From assembly GCF_000008625.1 (NCBI RefSeq), contig NC_000918.1, forward strand, positions 570,001 to 602,000: a stretch of DNA of 32,000 nt. The letters run 5' to 3'. Position 1 is the first letter of the stretch. Every line of letters starts with the position of its first letter. The notes under the pieces are model-generated. The model worked only from the letters and a program-made list of their open reading frames with translations. It had not been told where the DNA came from and did not search any database. Of the stretch, positions 31,852-32,000 are shown piece by piece. A program made the position numbers and the translations under genes. Source of the stretch: Aquifex aeolicus VF5 (GTDB lineage: Bacteria; Aquificota; Aquificia; Aquificales; Aquificaceae).

Positions 31852-32000
31852 ATGAGAGAACCCATCGTAGCTATAGCCACTCCTTACGGTGAGAGTGCAA
31901 TAGGTATAGTTCGCCTATCGGGAAAGGGCGTACTGGACTTAGTTAAGAAGTTCTTCAAAACGAAGAGGGAAATAAAGCCGAGGTACGCCCACTTCGGCGT
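31852..32000 (+). CDS. mnmE: tRNA uridine-5-carboxymethylaminomethyl modification GTPase MnmE (5' portion, truncated by window)
   Basis: Translation MREPIVAIATPYGESAIGIVRLSGKGVLDLVKKFF...PRYAHFG. Confidence 0.93.
   Translation, partial: MREPIVAIATPYGESAIGIVRLSGKGVLDLVKKFFKTKREIKPRYAHFG

Overview
The window looks like a chromosomal segment of Aquifex aeolicus or a close relative. That assignment comes from protein-level recognition; no database was searched. Nearly all of it is dense, core-type gene content. On the minus strand there is an rRNA operon end: promoter, 16S, tRNA-Ile(GAT), tRNA-Ala(TGC) and the 5' part of 23S. It is followed by queC, surE, flgA/flgG, an FAD oxidoreductase, ilvD, an archaeal/eukaryal-type trm1, tsaE, relA/spoT, mreB-mreC, a frame-disrupted QueC-like gene, rimO, corA, pdxA, a 6-pyruvoyl-tetrahydropterin-synthase-family gene, a TPR protein, a tandem UspA protein, purN, a peroxiredoxin, a PII-like/DabA/DabB (DUF2309 + NuoL-like) cluster next to rpsU, nadC, tRNA-Leu and the start of mnmE. 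I found no convincing CRISPR array, transposon, prophage or defence island. The items most worth a second look are: (1) a non-coding-looking interval at about 24,331-24,580 with a TATAAT box, high local GC and complementary ends, a candidate structured RNA; (2) the DAB-type inorganic-carbon transport cluster with a PII-like partner, a long DabB and rpsU upstream; (3) a PTPS-family protein with an E-x2-HGH rather than a Cys active-site motif; (4) a QueC-like gene translationally coupled to mreC and split by an apparent 1-nt loss; (5) duplicated boxA-like elements and a 35-nt processing stem around 16S.
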